From a virus: a stretch of DNA of 64,000 bases. Below the pieces are notes generated by a model that was not told the DNA's origin, did no database searches, and saw only the letters and a list, made by a program, of their open reading frames with translations. This document shows positions 1-8,847 of the stretch, piece by piece (the first letter of the stretch is position 1; every line of letters starts with the position of its first letter). The DNA is taken from IMG/VR virus record IMGVR_UViG_3300006754_000011, positions 1-64,000 of that record. The stretch is one strand, 5' to 3'. The position numbers and the translations under genes are program-made.

Positions 1-372
1 GACACATGGCCTGGCGGCAGGAAAAGAGGTGGATTCTTATCTAGTGCAAAAAATAGAGAAATTTTAAAACGAACATTAAGTGCAGCGGGTAAAATATTTG
101 GTTCTAACCAAGAAGAAGATGAAGGAATGGGAGGAGGAGTAACTGGTACAGGTAAAGGATTTGGTGGATCAGGGGCCACATTACCTGGTGTAGGTGCTGT
201 TATGACTCCAGGTGAGTATGCACCATTCACCGTTGCAGGAATGAAAGGTAGTAAGGGCTGGGGCGGAGCTGTAGGAAAACTTGCAGGAGGAATTATTGGA
301 AATGTTATTGCTCCAGGCGCAGGTGGTGTACTAGGGTCACAAATTGGTGAAACTGTTGGAGGGATAGTTTAA
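1..372 (+). CDS. Gly-rich protein with C-terminal glycine zipper, 5' partial; candidate virion/ejection protein
   Basis: Frame 1 is open from base 1 (DTWPGGRKRGG...) to the stop at 372, so it is longer than the 127..372 track ORF; C-terminus has GGAVGKLAGGIIG...GGVLGSQIG. Confidence 0.55.
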   Translation, partial: DTWPGGRKRGGFLSSAKNREILKRTLSAAGKIFGSNQEEDEGMGGGVTGTGKGFGGSGATLPGVGAVMTPGEYAPFTVAGMKGSKGWGGAVGKLAGGIIGNVIAPGAGGVLGSQIGETVGGIV

Positions 373-440
373 TGATTAAAAATAGTAGCTGTAAAATATT
401 AGATAGGATGATAAATCTTAAGGACGTAAGGTATTAAATT

Positions 441-1076
441 ATGGCATTTTGGCTTCCGGCTATAGGTGGAACATTAGGAGCCATCGAAGGATATAGAAGA
501 GGTGGTTTAGGAGGTGCAGTAACAGGTGCTGCTTTAGGCGCAGTAACTCCTAGAGGATTAAGAATGGCAGGTGCTGCATTGGGATCAAAACTTATGCCTA
601 GTTTAGTAAAATCAGGAGTTCCTTTAGCACATAGAATTACATCTACAGGAATAGGAAACCAAGCAGCACTTTTGGGAACAGGTTTAGGTGTTCCTACTTT
701 AGTTGGAGGCGCAGCTGGAGAACTTGTTGGAGGTCCAGGTGCTGGAGGCGCTACACCAGGAGGAACTGCAAGTGGTCCTAACGTTTGGGATATGCAAAAG
801 CCTTGGGGAGGTATTCAAGGTAGCCGTACTTTAGAACAGCAAAGAATCCAAGACCAACTTGAAGCACTTGATAAATTTGGTGCACAGCAATATAAATGGC
901 GTACTCAAATTTCTAAAGATGAATTAATGAGGCAATTAGTAGCAGCTAGAGAAAGACAAAATATTGCTACAGGTGCTCAATTAATTCAGCAAGGTCAAAG
1001 AGGTGCACAAGAATTAGGTCAAAGAGGCTTAGCAGGGATGAATCAAATTCTTGCTCAACAATATCAATATAGGTAA
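441..1076 (+). CDS. Glycine-zipper plus Gln-rich coiled-coil protein; candidate DNA ejection/pilot protein
   Basis: N-terminal GGxxGA hydrophobic repeats, C-terminal Q/E/R helix; lies just upstream of the packaging genes. Confidence 0.5.
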   Translation: MAFWLPAIGGTLGAIEGYRRGGLGGAVTGAALGAVTPRGLRMAGAALGSKLMPSLVKSGVPLAHRITSTGIGNQAALLGTGLGVPTLVGGAAGELVGGPGAGGATPGGTASGPNVWDMQKPWGGIQGSRTLEQQRIQDQLEALDKFGAQQYKWRTQISKDELMRQLVAARERQNIATGAQLIQQGQRGAQELGQRGLAGMNQILAQQYQYR

Positions 1077-1082
1077 TCAGAT

Positions 1083-2009
1083 ATGTACGATTTTTCTGGC
1101 TCTAGTAACTCAAGTGATCTTCTTGATGCAGGATTAGATTTTCTTAGACATAGAATAGTTCCACATTCTGAACAAACAGATCAATTTAGAAATCGTTATA
1201 TGCTTGATCAACATCAAGGTCAATTTTATGGTACGAATCAACAACCTGTAAATGTTCAGCCTACTAATGTAAAAATTATTCCAGCTACTCCTGCGAGTGG
1301 AACAAATACAAGCACAGGTCAAAGAAATGTTGTAGTAAGTCCTACTTCTCAAGTAAATGTTAATCCACAAGAAGTAGGAGTATATGGTGAACAAAAATAT
1401 CTTAATCCAGAAGATTTAACAGTTTTAACACCTGGACAAAAAGGAAGAAAAGGAATTATTGTTGCAAAAGACGCACCTACAGGATTAGGTGCATGGTTTG
1501 CAGGAATAGGAGATGCAATCACGGGACAAAAAACAGATTTAGATAAACAAGGAGGAGTAAACATACAACAACCTGATGGTAGTTGGGCTTATTCAAAAGT
1601 CGATCCAAAAACAGGATTCGGTGGAAAATTCGTAGAAGCTGAAATTAATCCTGAATTTACAGCAGATAAAAAAGCTGCTAAAGAAAAATTAATATCAAAA
1701 CAAGATGAAAAAGAAAAATATCTTAGAGATACAGAACGTTTGAAGCAATCATTAGGTTTACAAAGACAACACGAAGTAGGAATGATCGATCAATTAGCAC
1801 AACGATCATTAGAACTTGCACGTGCTCGTACACAGATGAATTTAGATGCAAGTCTTGGTTATGAGAAAGCATCTCCACGTGTTGCACAAGCTCAAAGAAA
1901 ACTGGCATCTGATGCATTCTCAAATGAACAAATAGCAATGGCACAAGCAGCAGCTGCAGCAGGACAAGCTATGTCACATGGCGCACAAAGAAGAGTCGGA
2001 CGTGGTTAA
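1083..2009 (+). CDS. Hypothetical virion/internal protein with C-terminal coiled coil
   Basis: 308-aa ORF with genome-typical codons; Ala/Gln-rich C-terminus. Confidence 0.5.
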   Translation: MYDFSGSSNSSDLLDAGLDFLRHRIVPHSEQTDQFRNRYMLDQHQGQFYGTNQQPVNVQPTNVKIIPATPASGTNTSTGQRNVVVSPTSQVNVNPQEVGVYGEQKYLNPEDLTVLTPGQKGRKGIIVAKDAPTGLGAWFAGIGDAITGQKTDLDKQGGVNIQQPDGSWAYSKVDPKTGFGGKFVEAEINPEFTADKKAAKEKLISKQDEKEKYLRDTERLKQSLGLQRQHEVGMIDQLAQRSLELARARTQMNLDASLGYEKASPRVAQAQRKLASDAFSNEQIAMAQAAAAAGQAMSHGAQRRVGRG

Positions 2010-2058
2010 AAATTACTTGAAGTAAAATTAAAATAATAGTTTCAAATAGATATTAATT

Positions 2059-2808
2059 ATGGGGAAAAAGAAACGTGCGCCCTCCCCAAGGACTGTTTAT
2101 ACACCAGCCCCGCCACCACCTGAAACACATAAAGTAAAGACGTATTCGTATAAGAATCAACGAAAGTTGATGAAATATTCGGGTCATCAAACTCGACGCA
2201 ATATGCAGGAATCTGCAAGATTAGATCGTGCTAATGAATCACATTTTGCATCACAAGATATACGTCGTTATCAAGCACAAGGTTCAGAGAATCGTTTAGG
2301 AATTAAAGTTACAGGACAAGAGAATAGACGATTAGCCAGAACAGAAGGTAGAGAAGCACGTAAAGGATACAGAGTACAAGGAAAACAACAACGTAAAGGG
2401 ATGAGGACTGTAGGAAGACAAGATCGTCTAACTCAAGCACAGCTCCTCGCAGGACAGGAACGTCAGATTGGTTTAAGAGGTACAGAAGAACGAAGAGCAA
2501 TTGGAGCTAGAGGTACAGAACAACGTAAAGGAATTGCAGCTACTGGCACAGAACAAAGATTGACGCAATCTCAACTCTTAGCAGGGCAAGAACGTCAAAT
2601 TGGTCTTAGAGGTGGAGAAGAACGATTAACACAAGGGCAATTATTGTCAGGACAAGAAAGACAAATTGGAATGAGAGGTCAAGAAGAACGTGCAACAATT
2701 AGTAGAGGTGCTGAAGAAACAAGAAAAACATCACAACAACAAGAACTCTTTAGACGATTTAAAGAGAATAGAGATTATGATCAGTCTCGAAGCGCCTATC
2801 GATCATGA
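2059..2808 (+). CDS. Arg/Gln-rich protein with 11-residue (hendecad) repeats; candidate ejection protein
   Basis: G-x-E/Q-x-R units at 11/22-aa spacing; LAGQERQIGLRG-type unit occurs three times. Confidence 0.6.
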   Translation: MGKKKRAPSPRTVYTPAPPPPETHKVKTYSYKNQRKLMKYSGHQTRRNMQESARLDRANESHFASQDIRRYQAQGSENRLGIKVTGQENRRLARTEGREARKGYRVQGKQQRKGMRTVGRQDRLTQAQLLAGQERQIGLRGTEERRAIGARGTEQRKGIAATGTEQRLTQSQLLAGQERQIGLRGGEERLTQGQLLSGQERQIGMRGQEERATISRGAEETRKTSQQQELFRRFKENRDYDQSRSAYRS

Positions 2809-3290
2809 ATGAGTGGTTAAGTAACCTCCCTTCTAAAGACAAAGAAACATACTTAACCTTCTGTAAACAAACAAATTCTCCTATTCAGATGTATCTTTAT
2901 GCCAGATTTTTAGGCTATAAAGGTTCAATTTCTACTTGTAGTGAATGGTCTATAGATCAATTTAAAAAACGAAATTTTAATTCTATTCTTGAAGTAGAAA
3001 TAGATGCAATGCAGCAAGACATTTCTAAATTAAGAGATGGCATTGATCTTGGAATGGTTAAACAAGATATGGGAGCAGCACGAATTGCTATGTTACAAAA
3101 AGAATTACGTGGCGCTATAAAACAACTAAATGATGAAAAACATTTGATTGATAAACAAGGTTTAATTCTTGCAGGTGCAGATCGAGCTTTAAGAGAGATT
3201 CTTTTGATCTTTAGAGATGATCCAATAGAAGGACCCTTACAAGAAGCCACAATGGGAGTTTGGACAAAAATTTTACAAGAAGAATCTTAG
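2805..3290 (+). CDS. Putative terminase small subunit (positional call)
   Basis: 161-aa helical protein immediately upstream of TerL; ATGA overlap with the previous gene. Confidence 0.4.
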   Translation: MNEWLSNLPSKDKETYLTFCKQTNSPIQMYLYARFLGYKGSISTCSEWSIDQFKKRNFNSILEVEIDAMQQDISKLRDGIDLGMVKQDMGAARIAMLQKELRGAIKQLNDEKHLIDKQGLILAGADRALREILLIFRDDPIEGPLQEATMGVWTKILQEES

Positions 3291-3314
3291 AGTTTAGTAA
3301 GGTAATGTTAATGG

Positions 3315-4850
3315 ATGGCAGGAACCAGTATTTATTCGGTTTATCGCAGAACTGCACGTGCAGCTGCAAAACAACAAGTTGTTAAAAAAACTTCAACTAT
3401 TGATATTGATAAAGCACGTACCAATTTTGCATATTTTTGTGATGTTGTAGGAGATAAACCTCCTGCAGAACATATGGAATTATGGCATGAGCACCTGTAT
3501 ACTCATGAAGATAGTGAATGTTTAATTTCAATTGCGGGACCTAACGTTGATATTCTTGCTCCACGAGGCTCTGCTAAATCAACCGTACTTGGTTTATTTA
3601 CTGCATGGGCGATTGGGATACATGCTCTCCATCGCAAACCCCTAAAGATCCTCTATATTTCTTATACTGTTGATGTAGCTCGTCCTAAAAGTGCAGCAAT
3701 AAAACGAATTATTGAAGATAGTAAGATTTATAGAGAAATCTTTCCTACAGTAAAAATTGCTAAAGGAATTAATTCCAATGAATATTGGAGTATTGATTGG
3801 AAGTTCGCAGGAATAAGATCTACAGGTGAAGAAGAATTTAGTTTATGTTGTGCAGGATTAAAAGGTGCAGTGACTTCGAAACGTTCTCATCTTTGTATTA
3901 TTGATGACGCAATTAAATCTGCTGATGATATTAAAAATAGAGATATACGAGTAGCAATGGAGGATAACTGGAACTCAGTTATTGTCCCAACAATGTTTGA
4001 AGGTGGAAGAGCTATATGTCTTGGGACACGTTTTCGTCATGATGACATTCATCAGACAACTTTTATTCCTGATAATGATTGGATCCAGATTGTTCAATCT
4101 GCAGTAACACTAGATGAGCATGGAGATGAGAAATCTTATTGGCCAAAAATGTGGTCTTTAGATTATTTAAAAGATAGAAGAAGACAAGCACCCATTAGTT
4201 TTAGTTTTCAATATCAAAATCAAATTGTTAGAACTAGTGAGATGTCTATTTCACCAGATCTTATTATCAAAGGACAAATTCCTACTGAATTTGAATGTTT
4301 AGGAGTAGGAGTTGATTTATCTGCAGGAATACGTGAAAGAAATGATTATACAGCTTTTGTTATGGGTGGTCGTGTTGGCGACAAAATTTATATTATTGAT
4401 TGTAAACGTTTAAGGATTATGGGTAACGTCGAAAAATTAGAAGCCATTATGGAAATGATGTATGAATGGGGGGTTGTTCATAAAGACCATGATAGAAATA
4501 AAGATGTTTATTTTCCTACAGGAAGTACTGTTGATATTTGGTCAGAAGCTGTTGCATATCAAGCTTCTTTAGAAGCTGATTTTAAACGTATATGTCTTGA
4601 AGAACAAGGCCTGCACAATCTTTTATGGCATCCAGTAAAAGGTTTTCGTGGAGATAAAGTTGCACGTTTTAGAGGTATTATGGGATTATTCGAACGTCAT
4701 AAAATCCGCTTTAACAAGTATCGCAAATTCCAAGCTTTAACAGATGAAATTGTAAATTTTGGAGTTAGTTCCCATGATGACTGTGTAGATGCGTTGGTAT
4801 GGCTTTGCAATGGATTAATGTCTAGAGGAAAACTAGAGTTAGAGTATTGA
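3315..4850 (+). CDS. terL: Terminase large subunit
   Basis: Walker A APRGSAKST, Walker B LCIIDD, coupling motif LGTR, RNase H-fold GVGVDLS and HDDCVDA. Confidence 0.93.
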   Translation: MAGTSIYSVYRRTARAAAKQQVVKKTSTIDIDKARTNFAYFCDVVGDKPPAEHMELWHEHLYTHEDSECLISIAGPNVDILAPRGSAKSTVLGLFTAWAIGIHALHRKPLKILYISYTVDVARPKSAAIKRIIEDSKIYREIFPTVKIAKGINSNEYWSIDWKFAGIRSTGEEEFSLCCAGLKGAVTSKRSHLCIIDDAIKSADDIKNRDIRVAMEDNWNSVIVPTMFEGGRAICLGTRFRHDDIHQTTFIPDNDWIQIVQSAVTLDEHGDEKSYWPKMWSLDYLKDRRRQAPISFSFQYQNQIVRTSEMSISPDLIIKGQIPTEFECLGVGVDLSAGIRERNDYTAFVMGGRVGDKIYIIDCKRLRIMGNVEKLEAIMEMMYEWGVVHKDHDRNKDVYFPTGSTVDIWSEAVAYQASLEADFKRICLEEQGLHNLLWHPVKGFRGDKVARFRGIMGLFERHKIRFNKYRKFQALTDEIVNFGVSSHDDCVDALVWLCNGLMSRGKLELEY

Positions 4851-4878
4851 CGCAATTAGACTATTAAAAGTACCCAAC

Positions 4879-5067
4879 ATGTCCTCTCATTTTTATTACG
4901 AAGGTATTGAACTTGAGCAAGATGCTTATGGTTCAGCCATCATCAATCTACCAGATGAATTATGTCATGATCTTGGACTCCGACCTGGTGAAAGGTTTGA
5001 AGTTGAAGCTGATGATGAATGTTTGAATTTCAAACGAATCGCTGCAGGTTATGTGGTTGAGTCATAA
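4879..5067 (+). CDS. AbrB/MazE/SpoVT-family swapped-hairpin DNA-binding protein
   Basis: GSAIINLPDELCHDLGLRPGERFEV fits the AbrB/MazE pattern. Confidence 0.7.
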   Translation: MSSHFYYEGIELEQDAYGSAIINLPDELCHDLGLRPGERFEVEADDECLNFKRIAAGYVVES

Positions 5068-5087
5068 TAGAAAAAAAGAAGTAACTG

Positions 5088-7358
5088 ATGAGCGTAACTA
5101 ATTCTGCTTTTAAATCAATGCTGGATGCAGCAATTAACCGTGACAGTACCGGAGGAGCTGACACGATGTTGATTAATGCTCATCTAGCCCAAATGAAAAT
5201 GTTTGGGATTAGACAGGGTGTTGAGTTTTATCCAGAGCAAGATAATTTCGGAACACAGCGTTTTGATTTTATTCAACAAGTTATTAAATTCAATCAATTA
5301 GATGCACGTCTCGATGCTATTTGGGATAAATTCCTCGCTTGGGGAAAAGGTTTATTCTATATTCGTCCAACAGAAAAAACTTATCGTATTTATTGGTTTG
5401 ATAAAGATTCTTACCGCAGTTATTATTCTCCTGAAGGTAACTTAGAAGAAGTTATTATTATCTATCCATATAAAGTTAAGGCTTCAAAAGGTTTTACCAA
5501 TACACAAGTAGGTATTGGAACTAATAAACGTTATATGCGTCTTCGTATCACAATTGACACGATTGAAGAAATGCATAGTGAGCAAGAACTTAGTTTCGAT
5601 ACACCTCAAGAATTTAGTACATTAAATAAAACAGAGACTATTAATACACTTCAATTTATTCCTTGTGTAGAAGTCTTTAATAATCCAGATGCTTTTGGAA
5701 CAGATGGACGAGGTGATTTTGATTGGATAGCCAATCAGATTGTTGCCCATGATGAGATGGTTAAAAATATTAGAGCAAATTTATCTTTCTTCGGAAATCC
5801 TACTTTACTTTCTTCTCGACCTAAGCAAGACATTGTTGAAAGCAACAATGATAATCCTCCACAAAGACCTAGTATTTCTAGCCAATCTGGATTTACTTCT
5901 GATCTCAGTATTCTTCAATCAACTTATAAGCAAGATCCTGTAACTCGAAATCCTGCAGGATATATAGGTAGCCCTGGTGGAGGTATGCGTGTACCTAGAG
6001 TTATTGCAAATTTAGAACCTACTGATCGTGTTGGTTTTATTACTCCTAATGCAGTTAGTACCGATCAAGCACGGTATGCAGAACAGTTGCGTTCAGAGAT
6101 AAGATTAGCTCTTGGTGGTATCGATGATCTTTCTGTTCAGAATGTAACAGCAACTGAAATTAAATCTGCATACGGACGTGTTAGCGCTACAGCTAAGAAA
6201 AAATGCTTGCAATTATATAACTATGGAATCTGTAAATGCTTCGAGTTAATGATATTCCAGGAAGAACAAATCTTCCGTAAGACAATGGCACAAGCCAGCG
6301 GAATTAAATATCCTGAAGCTCCTGAAGATGATTCACCTGAAGCATTAAATAAGTATGAGAAGCAGAAATTAAAATATGAAGATAAATTAGATGCTGCAAT
6401 TACTAAAGCTGAAGAGACAAAAGAGATTCCTGAAGGAGTGTTAGGGCTTGCACCAGATGGGGTTAGATCAGTTGCATGGAGATGGATGGGGCCTGTTTAT
6501 GAAGACACAGCACAAGATAAGCTCAATCAATCTATGTTTATAAGAAACCTACAAGAATTAGGGGTAGATAGTATAGAAGCACTGAAGTACTTATTCCCTT
6601 CTAAAACTGATGATGAGATAGCAGCAATGTTATCTGGTTTTCCGTTTAGAATGGTAGGTCAAGTACAAAGGGCATATTCCACATTTATTGATTTAATTAA
6701 TCAAGAAATGCGGACACCACATCCGCAGCAGCCGGACCTTCCGATGTCTGCAGATCCGAGACTCGATCTCACCCCATTTTTATATCGAACACTTGAAAGT
6801 TTACAAAAGGAAGTAACCTATGCCGGACGTTATCGCTCAGCCGACCCAATCGGCACCCCAGACATCCCCGACCCAGCCGAGCAATTACGCGGCGGGTCCC
6901 GTGGCAACAATAGCCTCACAGGCTCCACAGGTGGTGTCGACAGCCCCACAATGGGTGGCACCGCAGACAACCAGCGTAGCGCCAGCACCTCAAATGCAGG
7001 CCCAGATGGGGGCGGTTCAACCACAATACAGCCCTACTCAGTCTTACCCCCAGGCAGCCCCCTCGGTAGCACCGCAGGGACAGGACAATCCTTACAGGGA
7101 GGCGTTCAACAAAGTAGTGGGACTCCTGAGTTCACCAGTCCAGCTCCCCTTCCAGGGTCAACCATCAAGTCAGATCTCGGAAACCGTTCAGCCCAATTAC
7201 AGTTCCCCGCAAGCAACCCAGTACAACAACCAGGGTCAGCTGATCTCGCAGCCTGGGATAGGGAACAACCAGGATTACTACAACGGCTATTCCCAACCTT
7301 CACAGGAGATCAGCCAGGAACAGCTCCTCGCAAACGGAGTAAGTCCAGAAAGTCTTGA
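5088..7358 (+). CDS. Portal protein with a long disordered C-terminal extension
   Basis: Lies between TerL and scaffold/MCP; portal-like size and layout (FIPCVEVFNN...GRGDF...IVAHDEM...FGNPTL); last ~180 aa overlap the next gene. Confidence 0.75.
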   Translation: MSVTNSAFKSMLDAAINRDSTGGADTMLINAHLAQMKMFGIRQGVEFYPEQDNFGTQRFDFIQQVIKFNQLDARLDAIWDKFLAWGKGLFYIRPTEKTYRIYWFDKDSYRSYYSPEGNLEEVIIIYPYKVKASKGFTNTQVGIGTNKRYMRLRITIDTIEEMHSEQELSFDTPQEFSTLNKTETINTLQFIPCVEVFNNPDAFGTDGRGDFDWIANQIVAHDEMVKNIRANLSFFGNPTLLSSRPKQDIVESNNDNPPQRPSISSQSGFTSDLSILQSTYKQDPVTRNPAGYIGSPGGGMRVPRVIANLEPTDRVGFITPNAVSTDQARYAEQLRSEIRLALGGIDDLSVQNVTATEIKSAYGRVSATAKKKCLQLYNYGICKCFELMIFQEEQIFRKTMAQASGIKYPEAPEDDSPEALNKYEKQKLKYEDKLDAAITKAEETKEIPEGVLGLAPDGVRSVAWRWMGPVYEDTAQDKLNQSMFIRNLQELGVDSIEALKYLFPSKTDDEIAAMLSGFPFRMVGQVQRAYSTFIDLINQEMRTPHPQQPDLPMSADPRLDLTPFLYRTLESLQKEVTYAGRYRSADPIGTPDIPDPAEQLRGGSRGNNSLTGSTGGVDSPTMGGTADNQRSASTSNAGPDGGGSTTIQPYSVLPPGSPLGSTAGTGQSLQGGVQQSSGTPEFTSPAPLPGSTIKSDLGNRSAQLQFPASNPVQQPGSADLAAWDREQPGLLQRLFPTFTGDQPGTAPRKRSKSRKS

Positions 7359-7839
7359 AGTCATTGACCATTTCGGTCCTGATGCTGCAGCTGTTCTTAA
7401 CAACTATTCTTGTCAAATAGAAGATCATCTTATTCATACAGACGGTCAACTACAAGAATCAGTCGGTTTACTTAAAGAGTTGTCTAATGAGCATAAAGCT
7501 TATGAAACAATTCTGACTAATCCTGATGTTTTAGCTGACTACACATGTGAATTCTTTGGACCTAATGGCCCTTATCCTGTACGTGAAGAGCAAGCTCCTA
7601 CTTATCAAGCTGTAGGACAAACTGGACAACCTGCACAGGCTCCACAACCACGTGCTGAGCAACAGCAGTTCCAACGTCCTCAAATGCCAGTTCCTCCACA
7701 GCCTCAAGCTCCTGAGAATTCTGGTGAATTCTGGAATAACTTTGGCAACTTAGCTGATCGTGATCCACAGAATGCATGGCGTTATTTGAATGCTCAGTCA
7801 CCTGAGACCTTCAGACAAAAGATGCTCGTAATGGAATAA
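6820..7839 (+). CDS. Putative capsid scaffolding protein (P/Q-rich)
   Basis: AAGGAAG upstream of ATG; P/Q-rich N-half, acidic coiled coil and short C-terminal helical domain; followed by a terminator; sits between portal and MCP. Confidence 0.65.
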   Translation: MPDVIAQPTQSAPQTSPTQPSNYAAGPVATIASQAPQVVSTAPQWVAPQTTSVAPAPQMQAQMGAVQPQYSPTQSYPQAAPSVAPQGQDNPYREAFNKVVGLLSSPVQLPFQGQPSSQISETVQPNYSSPQATQYNNQGQLISQPGIGNNQDYYNGYSQPSQEISQEQLLANGVSPESLEVIDHFGPDAAAVLNNYSCQIEDHLIHTDGQLQESVGLLKELSNEHKAYETILTNPDVLADYTCEFFGPNGPYPVREEQAPTYQAVGQTGQPAQAPQPRAEQQQFQRPQMPVPPQPQAPENSGEFWNNFGNLADRDPQNAWRYLNAQSPETFRQKMLVME

Positions 7840-7864
7840 AGATAAACTTAGTAAATGTAAAATA

Positions 7865-7892
7865 AAGGGTAGTAATCAACTGCCCTTTTTTT
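7865..7892 (+). terminator. Rho-independent terminator
   Basis: AAAGGGTAGT-AATCA-ACTGCCCTTT followed by a T run. Confidence 0.7.
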
Positions 7893-7907
7893 ATAGAATT
7901 AGATATT

Positions 7908-8351
7908 ATGTCAATTGCAAATACATTACGAATGGCAGGGCAAATAGGAGCTGGTTTAGGAGCCGTTGCAAAGGCTTATCCAGTACCAACAGCAATGTTA
8001 GGAGTTGGTCTAGGATCAATACCAGTAGCTGCTATGCATGGTGAAAAAGCAGCATATGCAGATCCTACTAGAAGTGGATTAGGAGGTACTCTTGGTTATG
8101 GTCTATTCGCTAATCCTATAGCAGGAGCTGCGTATGGATTAGGACATGAACGTGGAAGAAATAAAGAATCTGGCATTTTAGGTGATATGGTTAATCAAGT
8201 GATACCAGTAGCTACTACACCTCAAGATAAAGCTATAGAAGAATATTTAAGAAGGAGACAAGCTAGACAAGATACGATTAGAAGTCTAGTGAAAGCAGTG
8301 AATCCAATGCCTGGAGGATATAATCCTACAATTTACGGAGGTAATATTTAA
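7908..8351 (+). CDS. Gly/Ala-rich small protein carrying the RMAG motif
   Basis: 147-aa ORF; TAGAAT 8 nt before ATG. Confidence 0.55.
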   Translation: MSIANTLRMAGQIGAGLGAVAKAYPVPTAMLGVGLGSIPVAAMHGEKAAYADPTRSGLGGTLGYGLFANPIAGAAYGLGHERGRNKESGILGDMVNQVIPVATTPQDKAIEEYLRRRQARQDTIRSLVKAVNPMPGGYNPTIYGGNI

Positions 8352-8353
8352 TT

Positions 8354-8704
8354 ATGGCTAACACTCCCGAAGCTGCTTTAGCAAAAGCACAAAAAGTAAA
8401 AGAATTATTTGCAGCTCAAGCTTTACAGAATGAGATTGCACAACAACAAGCAAGAGTTAATCCTGAAATAACTTCAGAAGCTATTACAATGCAGCCTCAA
8501 GTTATTCAACCTAATTCAAGAATAGGAACTGTACCTAGCAATGTTTGGTCTACAGGAAATTTAATTCCTGGTCCTTCAGGTGAATCAAAATTAGCTGCTA
8601 CATGGAATCCTTCAATGGATCCTGCAGGTATAACAAACCAACAACAAAATGCTTTGGGTTGGAATAACGTTCAAGTAGGTGCTCCTGATCCTTGGATTGG
8701 GTAA
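8354..8704 (+). CDS. Hypothetical Q/P-rich protein
   Basis: 116-aa ORF abutting the previous gene. Confidence 0.55.
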   Translation: MANTPEAALAKAQKVKELFAAQALQNEIAQQQARVNPEITSEAITMQPQVIQPNSRIGTVPSNVWSTGNLIPGPSGESKLAATWNPSMDPAGITNQQQNALGWNNVQVGAPDPWIG

Positions 8705-8736
8705 TAACTAATTAATAACCGACATAAGTAAGTCAC

Positions 8737-8745
8737 TGTTATAAT
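8737..8745 (+). promoter_or_regulatory. Extended -10 promoter for the capsid operon
   Basis: TGTTATAAT matches the TGnTATAAT consensus, ~100 nt before the MCP ATG. Confidence 0.6.
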
Positions 8746-8847
8746 ATTTATTAATGGAGCTTTTTGTTCCAGGAGTGATAACAGCTTGTCTGTTATTGAA
8801 GTTACTATAACTTCAACTATCAGCTAAACCTTTACGCTGAGTAGACA

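Noticed and set aside
2281-2720. CRISPR-like or non-coding repeat array
   Set aside because: Repeats are in-frame, degenerate at third positions and have no unique spacers
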